A stretch of 62,435 bases of DNA from Candidatus Eiseniibacteriota bacterium (GTDB lineage: Bacteria; Eisenbacteria; RBG-16-71-46), in the NCBI GenBank assembly GCA_016223045.1, contig JACRPT010000037.1:1-62435 (forward strand), written 5' to 3'. This document shows positions 27,549 to 35,619 of the stretch, piece after piece (positions within the stretch are counted from its first letter, which is position 1; each line of letters opens with the position of its first letter). A model generated the notes under the pieces. The model was not told the DNA's origin and did not search any database. It was given only the letters and a program-made list of their open reading frames with translations. The translations under genes and the position numbers were made by a program.

Positions 27549-29700
27549 CCAGGTGTGGCGCGGCCGGCTCGCGGCCGGCCTCGACCCGCGCGCGCAGGCG
27601 CTCAACGACTCGCTGCCGGTGGACCGCCGACTGTGGCCCGAGGAGCTCGCCCTGTCGCGCGCCTGGGCGCAGTCGGTCGCGGAGGCCGGGGCGCTCTCGC
27701 CCGCCGGGCTCGATACGCTGCTCGCCGCCTGCGACGCGCTCGAGTCCGACCTCGCCGCGGGCGCCGTCGTGCTGGCGGGCGAGGACGTGCACTCCGCGGT
27801 CGAGGCGGCGCTGACGGAGCGCTGCGGCGATCCGGCGCGCCGGCTCCACACCGGCAGGAGCCGCAACGACCAGGTGAGCACGCTGCTGCGGCTGCGCGCC
27901 ATGCGGCTCTGCGACCAGGCCGTGGAGGGCGTGCGCGAGCTGGAGCGCGCGCTCACCGGCCAGGCGCGCGCCGCGGGCGCGCAGGCGGTCGCCGCCTGGA
28001 CGCATCTCCAGCCCGCCCAGCCGGTGCTGCTCGCGCACTGGTGGCTGGCGCACGTCGCCGCGCTCGAGCGCGACGAGGCGCGCTTCGAGGCCGCGCGCGA
28101 GGCCGCGGACCTGATGCCGCTCGGCGCCGGCGCCGTGGCCGGCACGCCGCTGGTCTTCGATCGCATCGCCCTGGCGTCGCGCCTCGGCTTCAGCCGGCTC
28201 GCCGTGAACAGCCTCGACGCCGTCGGCGACCGCGACTTCGCGCTCGAATACCTGAACGCGGCCGCCGTGCTCGCCGTGCACCTCTCGCGCCTGGCCGAGG
28301 ACCTGGTGCTGTGGTGCTCGCCCGGTTTCGGCTGGCTCGTCGCGCCCGACGGCTTCTCGACCGGCTCGAGCCTGCTGCCGCAGAAGCGCAACCCCGACCT
28401 GTTCGAGCTGGCGCGGGGCAAGGCCGGACGTCTCATCGCCAATGCCCAGCGCCTGGCGGTGGTGATGAAAGGCCTGCCCTGCGCCTACCAGAAGGATCTG
28501 CAGGAGGACAAGGAGGCGGTGTTCGACACCGCAGACACGCTCGCCGCGCTGCTCGACGTGCTGCCCGCGGCCATCGCGGCGCTCGAGCCGAACCGCGGGC
28601 GGATGACGGCGAGCCTCACGCCCGACCTGCTCGCGGTCGAGCTGGCGGACTCGCTGGTCGCCGAGGGCCTGCCGTTCCGTGACGCCCACGCCGCCGTCGG
28701 CCGCCTGTGGGCCGCGGCGGAGCGCGCGGGCGTGGCTCCCGACGCGCTGCCCGAGGACGCCCGCTTCGCCATCTCGCCGCACTTCACCGCGGCGCGGCTC
28801 GCCTCGCTCACCGTCGAGTCCGCGCTCGCGCGCCGCAACCACCCGCCCGGCGCCGGCCCGAAGTCGGTGGCGCTCCAGCTCGCGCAGCACGAGGCGAGGC
28901 TGGGCATCGGCGCGGGAGATCCGGAGGCGCCGGAAGGCCCGGAGCGTCCGACAGCGCGCAGCGAGACTCCCGGTACGTCTTCGGCCGGGACGGCCGAAGG
29001 CGTTCACCGGGCGGGTGAGCGGAGCCAGGAAGGCGTAGCGGGACCCGCTGACGCGGGTGCCCCGTCTCGCTGCGCGCCGTCGGACGCTCCGGGCCGGGGC
29101 ACCGAAGTGGTTCTTCGCCGCGCCACGCCGCAGGACGTGCCGGGCATCGCGCGCCTGATGGCGGGCTACGTCGCGCAGGGCGTGCTGCTGCCGCGGCCGG
29201 TGGGCGAACTCTACCAGTGCGTGCGCGAGTTCCACGTCGCGCTCACGGACGGCGAGGTCGTCGCCTGCGCCGCGCTGCGCCTGCTGTGGAGCGACCTCGG
29301 CGAGGTGCGCTCGCTCGCGGTGCGCTCCGACCACCACGGCAACGGCCTGGGCGCGCAGCTCGTCGCGCGCGCGCTCGACGACGCGCGCGCGCTCGCGCTG
29401 CCTCGCGTCATCGCGCTCACGCGCGAGGTCGCGTTCTTCGAGCGCTGCGGCTTCGTGAGCGCCGGCCGCGACGCGCTGCCGCGCAAGGTGTGGACCGACT
29501 GCGTGCGCTGCCCGCGGCGCCACGCCTGCGACGAGGTCGCGGTGGTGCTCGACCTCGTCCCCGGCGCCTCGGCGGCGGCCGCCGCGGCGCGCCGATCGTG
29601 GGTGCTGCCCATCCCGCACCTCGGGACCGCGCCGGGTCGGACGCCGTCCATCCCCGAACCGGGACCCCCGCCCGAGTCTCCGCTCCCCGTGATCTCGTGA
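27538..29700 (+). CDS. argH: Argininosuccinate lyase fused to a C-terminal GNAT domain of the short N-acetylglutamate-synthase (ArgA-like) type
   Basis: Lyase signature GSSLLPQKRNPD. A low-complexity linker spans ~28900-29100. The GNAT core is ...EFHVALTDGEVVACAALRLLWSDLGEVRSLAVRSDHHGNGLGAQLV...FFERCGF...KVWTDCVRCPRRHAC. Confidence 0.85.
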
Positions 29701-29713
29701 GGACCATCGCGCC

Positions 29714-30745
29714 ATGAACGACACCTCCCGCCACCTGGTGGACCTGCTGGGGCGCGACCGCGCCTGGGTGAACGCCCTGTTCGAGCGGGCTGACGTGCTG
29801 CGCGGCCTGCGGGGCACGCCGGCCGCCCCGCGCCCGCTCGCGGGGAAGACCGCGGCGCTGGTCTTCCACAAGCCGTCGCTGCGCACGCGCGTCTCGTTCA
29901 CCGTCGGCGTGCACGAGCTGGGCGGCGACACCGTGGACCTCACCGCGGCGGAAATCTCCGAGCACGGGCGCGAGAGCCTCAAGGACGTGGCGCAGGTGCT
30001 CTCGGAGATGTGCGACCTGATCGTGATCCGCACCTTCGCGCACCGCGTGGTGCAGCAGCTCGCCGCGCACGCCGACGTGCCGGTGATCAACGCGCTCACC
30101 GACTTCTCGCATCCCTGCCAGATCCTCTCCGACCTCTACACCCTGCGCCGCGCCGGCAAGGACCTGGACGCCATGACCGTGGCGTGGGTGGGCGACGGCA
30201 ACAACGTGCTCCACTCCTGGCTCGAGGCGGCGACCATCTTTGGATTCACGCTCCACGTCGCGGTGCCCGACGGGTTCGAGCCCGACGCCGGGCTGTTCCT
30301 CGAGGCCGAGCGCCGCGCCGCGGTGCGGCGCACCCGCGACCCGCGCGAGGCGGTGCGCGGCGCCGACGTGGTCTACACCGACGCCTGGACCAGCATGGGC
30401 CACGAGAAGGACGCCGACTGGCGGCGCGTGGCGTTCGCCGGGTTCCAGGTGAACGCCGAGCTGATGGCGCTCGCGCAGCCCGACGCGCTGTTCCTGCACT
30501 GCCTGCCCGCGCACCGCGGCGAGGAGGTCACCGACGAGGTGATGGACGGGCCGCAGAGCATCGTGATCGAGCAGGCCGCCAACCGCCTCCACCTGCAGAA
30601 GGCGCTGATGCTGGACCTGCTGCGCGCCGCGGCTCGCGGCCGGGCGAAGGGCCTCGCGGAGGAGGCGGCGGCCGCGTTCCCGGCCGGGGAAGCCCCGCCG
30701 GTCGTCGCGGCCGGAGCCGGCTACGCGAGGCGTGACGCGCCGTAG
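29714..30745 (+). CDS. argF: Ornithine carbamoyltransferase
   Basis: Carbamoyl-phosphate motif SLRTR, plus HPCQ, ornithine-loop DAWTSMG, and HCLPAHRGEE. About 35 aa C-terminal tail. Confidence 0.8.
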   Translation: MNDTSRHLVDLLGRDRAWVNALFERADVLRGLRGTPAAPRPLAGKTAALVFHKPSLRTRVSFTVGVHELGGDTVDLTAAEISEHGRESLKDVAQVLSEMCDLIVIRTFAHRVVQQLAAHADVPVINALTDFSHPCQILSDLYTLRRAGKDLDAMTVAWVGDGNNVLHSWLEAATIFGFTLHVAVPDGFEPDAGLFLEAERRAAVRRTRDPREAVRGADVVYTDAWTSMGHEKDADWRRVAFAGFQVNAELMALAQPDALFLHCLPAHRGEEVTDEVMDGPQSIVIEQAANRLHLQKALMLDLLRAAARGRAKGLAEEAAAAFPAGEAPPVVAAGAGYARRDAP

Positions 30746-30929
30746 CCGGCCACACCCCGCGGTGCTGTCGGTCGCCAATCCGGAGGGCTGAGGATCCTGA
30801 GCAGCATGCCGCGGAACGCATTCTCCTGCCGGGCCTCCTTGCACACGGGGCGCAAGAAGCGAAGCGTTTCAAGACCGCCTGGAGCAGGCGGGCGCGGCCG
30901 AACGCCGGAACTCGGCTTTGGATTCGCTC

Positions 30930-30958
30930 TTGACGTGTTCCGGATTTGCGTCCATAAG
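30930..30958 (+). promoter_or_regulatory. Putative promoter of the wHTH-nucleotidyltransferase gene, apparently giving a leaderless mRNA
   Basis: TTGACG (30930-30935), a 17-nt spacer, then CATAAG (30953-30958). ATG 30967 lies 8 nt after the -10 and has no SD. Confidence 0.4.
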
Positions 30959-30974
30959 TACGCACTATGCGTAC
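30958..30974. promoter_or_regulatory. Perfect 7-3-7 palindrome spanning the start codon (candidate autoregulatory operator)
   Basis: GTACGCA-cta-TGCGTAC. The ATG at 30967-30969 sits at its centre. Confidence 0.45.
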
Positions 30975-31656
30975 ACGCTACGGGGCGGACGCCCTCTTCC
31001 CGGCCATCCGGAAGCACATCCTCGCCGCCACCGTCATGCAGCCGGAGCGCTGGTGGTACGCGAGCCAGCTCGCCCGCCACCTCAAGGTCTCGAAGACAAG
31101 CCTCCAGCGAGAGCTCGTGAACCTCGCCCAGGCCGGCGTGCTTCGCAAGCGCACCGAAGGGAAGCAGGTCTACTACCAGGCCGACTCGGACTGCCCGTTC
31201 CTGCCCGAGCTTCAAGGCCTCATGGCAAAGACAGCGGGGCTCGTGGATGTGGTCCGCGAGGCCCTCGCGCCGGCAGCGCCCTGCATCGCCTTTGCTTTCG
31301 TCTACGGCTCGGTGGCAAGCGCCAGGGAGATCGCGACGAGCGACGTCGACCTCATGGTTGTCGGGGAGATCGCGGTGGCGGACCTCGCGCTCCCGCTTCG
31401 AAAGGTGAGGGAGCGACTCGGACGCGAGGTAAACATCACGGCCTATTCAACCGAGGAGTTCGCCCGAAAGGCACGAGCGGGGCACCACTTCGTCCGTTCG
31501 GTGCTGAACAAGCCGAAGCTCTTCATCGTAGGGACGGCGAATGACGTGGAAGCGGTTGTTGGCGGAGAAGCGGGTCGAGCGCAGGCCAGGAGTGAAAGCG
31601 GAGCTCCAGGAACTCCGGGCCATCGCGGAAAGAAGCCTCGCCGACGCGCGTCTTGA
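30967..31656 (+). CDS. Winged-helix DNA-binding domain fused to a minimal nucleotidyltransferase (MNT-like) domain
   Basis: wHTH-like YASQLARHLKVSKTSLQRELVNLAQAGVLRK. NTase motif FVYGSVASAREIATSDVDLMVVG. The last ~35 codons are low complexity and overlap the next gene. Confidence 0.7.
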   Translation: MRTRYGADALFPAIRKHILAATVMQPERWWYASQLARHLKVSKTSLQRELVNLAQAGVLRKRTEGKQVYYQADSDCPFLPELQGLMAKTAGLVDVVREALAPAAPCIAFAFVYGSVASAREIATSDVDLMVVGEIAVADLALPLRKVRERLGREVNITAYSTEEFARKARAGHHFVRSVLNKPKLFIVGTANDVEAVVGGEAGRAQARSESGAPGTPGHRGKKPRRRAS

Positions 31657-31984
31657 GGGCCTCTCGACCGACGGCAAGTACGGCCACGCGTACGAAGCAG
31701 CTCGCGCCTTCGCGACGATGGTCGTCCGTGCCTCAGGCCACCGGGTCAGAACCCACGGCGGAGGCCACTACAACACGTTTCTGGCCCTGGAGGCCGCGGA
31801 CCCGAAGCTCTTCGCCCGGCCGGCGGCGTACTTCAACACCTGCCGTGAGAAGCGAAACGAATTCAGCTACGAACTGGCCGGGGTGGTCTCTGAGCTCGAG
31901 GTGCAGGAGCTGCTGCGCGAGGTCTCGGAGTTCGCGCTCCTCGTCGGGCGCTGGATCCAGGAGCGACACCCGGAGCTGGCGTGA
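31541..31984 (+). CDS. All-helical HEPN-like protein (non-canonical; no clear Rx4-6H motif)
   Basis: Position immediately after (and overlapping) an MNT-type gene. Helical pattern ELQELRAIAERSLADARLEG...YEAARAFATMVV...CREKRNEFSYE. The family assignment is tentative. Confidence 0.5.
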   Translation: MTWKRLLAEKRVERRPGVKAELQELRAIAERSLADARLEGLSTDGKYGHAYEAARAFATMVVRASGHRVRTHGGGHYNTFLALEAADPKLFARPAAYFNTCREKRNEFSYELAGVVSELEVQELLREVSEFALLVGRWIQERHPELA

Positions 31985-32272
31985 CGCGCCGGAGCACCGC
32001 CAGGGAGAGATGCTGCCGGTCGAGGGCGCACGGGTTCCCTGGTTCCCGGGGCTCCCTGGAGAGCTGCTCTCACATGTGAAGGCGGGAGGGATCTGTCTTC
32101 GTTCGCCTTCGCCCCCCACACCAACCCGGCGACAGCCGATGCGCTGTTCGCGCGGGCGCAGCACGACGCCGCGCCAATCACCCGATCACGGCCCGAATGT
32201 GCATCGCGAGGTGAGCCGAGGCCGTCCGTGGTCCGGCGGCGCAACCCGCTCCGCCCTTCCGCCGTAATCCCT

Positions 32273-32310
32273 CCCGGACCCGGACGCGAACCCGGACCCG
32301 GACCCGGACC
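32273..32310. repeat. Hexanucleotide microsatellite (CCCGGA)n, six units with one degenerate
   Basis: cccgga cccgga cgcgaa cccgga cccgga cccgga, read directly from the sequence. Confidence 0.9.
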
Positions 32311-32316
32311 AGCCTG

Positions 32317-32352
32317 CGGCGGGTGCCCCGGCGGGTGCCCCGGCGGGTGCCC
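32317..32352. repeat. 12-nt tandem repeat (CGGCGGGTGCCC) x3, plus a partial fourth copy at ~32368-32383
   Basis: Three perfect copies at 32317, 32329 and 32341. Confidence 0.9.
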
Positions 32353-32416
32353 CGACCCGCGCCGGGCGCGGGTGCCCCGGCGGCCGGGCCGCTCCTCGTC
32401 ATCGCGGGAGGAACTC

Positions 32417-33052
32417 ATGAAGATCACAACCCTCGCCCTGGCGTTCGCGCTCGCGCTGGCCCTGCCCGCGCGGGCGCTCGATCTGGGCAGCCTGACCGGC
32501 GCGTGGTCTGCGCGCGGCACCGAAGCGGTCGCAGTGGACTTCCCGGTCGGGGACCTGTACGTCGTGCCCGGTGTGGACGACTCCGTCTCCGTGGTCCTCG
32601 AGGTGCGCTGCAAGCACGGCGGCCGCGGCTGCATCGAGCGCTCGCGCAGGCTCCGCATCGTCACGGATCAGGTGGGCACGCGGCGCAGGATCCGCGTCGA
32701 GGGCTACCCGAAGTGGGACAGCCGCGGCCTCCACCTCGAGTTGCGCGTCACGGTGCCGCGGCGCACGGCGCTCCATCTCGACGTCGGCGTGGGCAGTCTC
32801 GACATCCGCGGCGTCGCCGGCGACGTCGCAGTCGAGCTGGGTGTCGGCGAAGCCACCATTCACGTGCCCGAGCACGACGTCCGCTCGGTGAGCGCCGAGG
32901 TGGGCGTGGGATGCGCCGACCTCAAGGGCCGCGGCCTGCGCGTGGACGGCCAGAGCTTCATCAGCTCACACCTCCACTGGAGCGACGGCCCCGGGAGCGC
33001 GCGGGTGAGCCTGCACCTGGGCGTGGGCGACGCGAGCGTGCGGCTCGACTGA
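32417..33052 (+). CDS. Secreted protein with a repetitive beta-strand pattern (DUF4097 / putative-adhesin-like)
   Basis: GGAGGA lies before ATG 32417. Signal peptide MKITTLALAFALALALPARA. Repeated VGVG...D(I/L)xG segments. Confidence 0.6.
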   Translation: MKITTLALAFALALALPARALDLGSLTGAWSARGTEAVAVDFPVGDLYVVPGVDDSVSVVLEVRCKHGGRGCIERSRRLRIVTDQVGTRRRIRVEGYPKWDSRGLHLELRVTVPRRTALHLDVGVGSLDIRGVAGDVAVELGVGEATIHVPEHDVRSVSAEVGVGCADLKGRGLRVDGQSFISSHLHWSDGPGSARVSLHLGVGDASVRLD

Positions 33053-33134
33053 CGCCGCCCGCCCGAGGCGGACCCCACGCGCGCCCCACGCGCGCCGTTC
33101 CGGGGCCCGCGGGCAGTGTGCTAACTTCCCGCGC

Positions 33135-33488
33135 ATGGACGATCTCAAGCAGGCCACCTGCGTGCCGTGCCGCGGTGGGGTTCCCCCGCTCACGGCCGCG
33201 GAGATTGCGGAGCTGCGGCCGCATGCCCCCGCCTGGGACGTGGTGGAACGCGACGGCATCCTGCGGCTGGAGCGCGCGTTCGCGTTCAAGGACTTCCGCG
33301 CGGCGCTCGACTTCACGGTCGAGGTCGGCGAGCTCGCCGAGCGGGAGCAGCACCACCCCGACATCCACCTGTCGTGGGGTAAGGTCGTGGTGGAGACTTG
33401 GACGCACAAGATCCGCGGGCTCCACCGGAACGACTTCATCCTCGCCGCGAAGACCGAGACGCTCTACGCGGGGAGCGCGAAGGCGTGA
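33135..33488 (+). CDS. phhB: Pterin-4-alpha-carbinolamine dehydratase
   Basis: CVPCRGG...LERAFAFKDFRAALDFTVEVGELAEREQHHPDIHLSWGKV. The size of 117 aa is typical for the family. Confidence 0.85.
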   Translation: MDDLKQATCVPCRGGVPPLTAAEIAELRPHAPAWDVVERDGILRLERAFAFKDFRAALDFTVEVGELAEREQHHPDIHLSWGKVVVETWTHKIRGLHRNDFILAAKTETLYAGSAKA

Positions 33489-33492
33489 GCGC

Positions 33493-35406
33493 TTGAACGC
33501 CACCGCGCTGCTGCTGGCCGCCGCGCTCGTCGCGCCCGCGGCCGTGGTACAGGCGCGCGCGCCGAAGCCCGTCGTCCCGCTGGCGCCGCGGGCGCGCGGG
33601 GCACAGGCGCCGCCCGACACCGCGCGCGTCGCACCCGTCATCCCGCGCGGCATGACGCCGCTCACGGAGATCACGTCGTTCTGGTACACCAGGGCTGAGC
33701 GCACGGGCTACCGGCTCACCTCCGGCTACGACGAGACCCTGGAGTTCCTGCGCCGGCTCGAGTCGGCCTCGCCATGGGTGCACCTCACCAGCTACGGGAC
33801 CAGCGGCCAGGGCCGGCCGCTCCCGCTGGTCATCGCGTCGAAGGACCGCGCCTTCACGCCCGAGGCGGCGCGCGCCGCCGGCAAGGCGGTCGTGCTCATC
33901 CAGTGCGGCATCCACTCCGGCGAGATCGAGGGCAAGGACGCCTGCCTGGCGCTGCTGCGCGACATCGCCGTGCTCCGCACCCGCGACGGGCTGCTCGACC
34001 ACGTCGTCCTCCTGGTACTGCCGATCTTCTCGGTGGACGCGCACGAGCGCGCCGGGCGGTACAACCGCATCAACCAGAGCGGACCCGAGAACGCGGGCTG
34101 GCGCACCACGCCGGTGGGGCTGAACCTGAACCGCGACTACCTCAAGGCCGACGCGCCCGAGATGCGCGCGATGCTCGGCAGCGTGTTCACGAAGTGGTGG
34201 CCGGACCTGTTGGTGGACACCCACACCACCGACGGCGCCGACTACCGGCACGACGTGACCTACCTCTACAACCACGGGCCCGACGCGCCGGCGCCGCTCG
34301 GGCGCTGGCTCGACCAGGCGTTCGGGGACCGCGTGCTCTCCGCGCTCACCGCGATGGGCCACCTGCCCGCGCCCTACCTGAGCTTCCGCCGCGGCGACGA
34401 CCCCGCGAGCGGCGTCGCGCTGGGCGACTCCCCGCCGCGCTTCTCGACCGGCTACGGTCCGCTCCAGTGCACGCCCGCGCTACTGGTCGAGACCCACATG
34501 CTCAAGCCCTACGAGACCCGGGTGCGCGCCACCTTCGACCTGATCGTGGCGCTGCTCGCCGAGGTGAACGCGCGCCCCGCCGCGCTCACCGGCGCGGTGG
34601 CCGCGGCCCAGGCCGAGGTAGTGGCGCGCGGCCGCGAGCGCGACCCGGCGCGGCGCGCGGTGGTGCTCGCGGCGCGCGTCGGGCCCGACAGCGTGCTGTT
34701 CCCGTACCGGGGACGCGCCACGCGCTGGGAGATGAGCGGCATCACCGGCGCGCCGGTCGCGCACTACAGCGAGGCGCCGTGGGACACGCTGATCCCGCTG
34801 TTCCGCGACCTCGAGCCCGCGCTGGTGGTGCGCCAGCCGGCCGGCTACCTGGTGCCGCGCGAGTGGTCCGCGTGCGCCGAGCGGCTGGCCATCCACGGCG
34901 TGCGCGTGCGCCGCTTCGCGAAGGCCTGGACCGACTCGGTCGAGATGGCGCGCATCCTCGAGTGGAGCGCCGCGCCGCGCCCGGCCGAGGGCCACTTCCC
35001 GATCAGCGTGACCAGGCTCGAGCTGGTCGGGAGGCGGCGCACGTTCCGGCCCGGCGACCTGTGGGTCCCGCTCGATCAGCGCTCGGCGCTGGTGGCGGTG
35101 CACCTGCTCGAGCCGCAGGCGCCCGACGGGCTCCTGCGCTGGAACGCGTTCGACACCATCTTCGAGCGCAAGGAGTACGCCGAGGACTACGTGATGGAGC
35201 CGATCGCGCGGCAGATGCTGAAGGACGACCCGGCGCTGGCGCGCGAGTTCGAGTCCCGGCTGGCCGCGGATTCCAGCTTCGCGCACTCGCCGTTCGCGCG
35301 CACCGACTTCTTCTATCGCCGCACGCGCTGGGCCGACCCGGAGCAGGACCTCTACCCGGTCGCGCGCGCGCTCCAGCCGCCGCCGGAGTCGGTGCTGGAG
35401 CCCTGA
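33493..35406 (+). CDS. M14 family zinc carboxypeptidase-like protein, secreted
   Basis: Zinc-site context GIHSGEIEG, plus LNLNRDY. N-terminal hydrophobic leader after TTG 33493. The start is uncertain. Confidence 0.7.
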   Translation: MNATALLLAAALVAPAAVVQARAPKPVVPLAPRARGAQAPPDTARVAPVIPRGMTPLTEITSFWYTRAERTGYRLTSGYDETLEFLRRLESASPWVHLTSYGTSGQGRPLPLVIASKDRAFTPEAARAAGKAVVLIQCGIHSGEIEGKDACLALLRDIAVLRTRDGLLDHVVLLVLPIFSVDAHERAGRYNRINQSGPENAGWRTTPVGLNLNRDYLKADAPEMRAMLGSVFTKWWPDLLVDTHTTDGADYRHDVTYLYNHGPDAPAPLGRWLDQAFGDRVLSALTAMGHLPAPYLSFRRGDDPASGVALGDSPPRFSTGYGPLQCTPALLVETHMLKPYETRVRATFDLIVALLAEVNARPAALTGAVAAAQAEVVARGRERDPARRAVVLAARVGPDSVLFPYRGRATRWEMSGITGAPVAHYSEAPWDTLIPLFRDLEPALVVRQPAGYLVPREWSACAERLAIHGVRVRRFAKAWTDSVEMARILEWSAAPRPAEGHFPISVTRLELVGRRRTFRPGDLWVPLDQRSALVAVHLLEPQAPDGLLRWNAFDTIFERKEYAEDYVMEPIARQMLKDDPALAREFESRLAADSSFAHSPFARTDFFYRRTRWADPEQDLYPVARALQPPPESVLEP

Positions 35407-35489
35407 AGCGCGGGGGCCGGGCCGTCGCGTCGGTGTCCGGCTCGCCCGAACCGGCGCGCGACGGGGCGCCGGCATCGCGGTCCGGGACC

Positions 35490-35517
35490 TTGCGCCATCC
35501 GGCGACAGCGATAGAAT
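35490..35517 (+). promoter_or_regulatory. Putative sigma-70-type promoter of the kinase/regulator operon
   Basis: TTGCGC (35490-35495), a 16-nt spacer, then TAGAAT (35512-35517). Confidence 0.45.
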
Positions 35518-35619
35518 GGCCCGTGAGCGCGACCTCTCGTCGCTCGCCGACCGGCCACCCCGCCGTTCCGATGTGCGCTCAGTGAGGGCGCCCGCCGCGC
35601 CGCTCTCGGGAGCAGAGCC

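Noticed and set aside
29714-30745. argF as an N-acetylornithine (or N-succinylornithine) carbamoyltransferase, which would explain the missing argE/argJ
   Set aside because: The product keeps the canonical ornithine-binding DxxxSMG (DAWTSMG) and HCLP motifs of true ornithine carbamoyltransferases. Only the STRTR motif deviates (SLRTR).
32228-32416. PG-repeat / GGCP-repeat N-terminal extension of the 32417 CDS (track ORF 32228..33052)
   Set aside because: The repeats are DNA microsatellites. A strong GGAGGA SD and a classical signal peptide begin at ATG 32417, so the upstream part is most likely untranslated.
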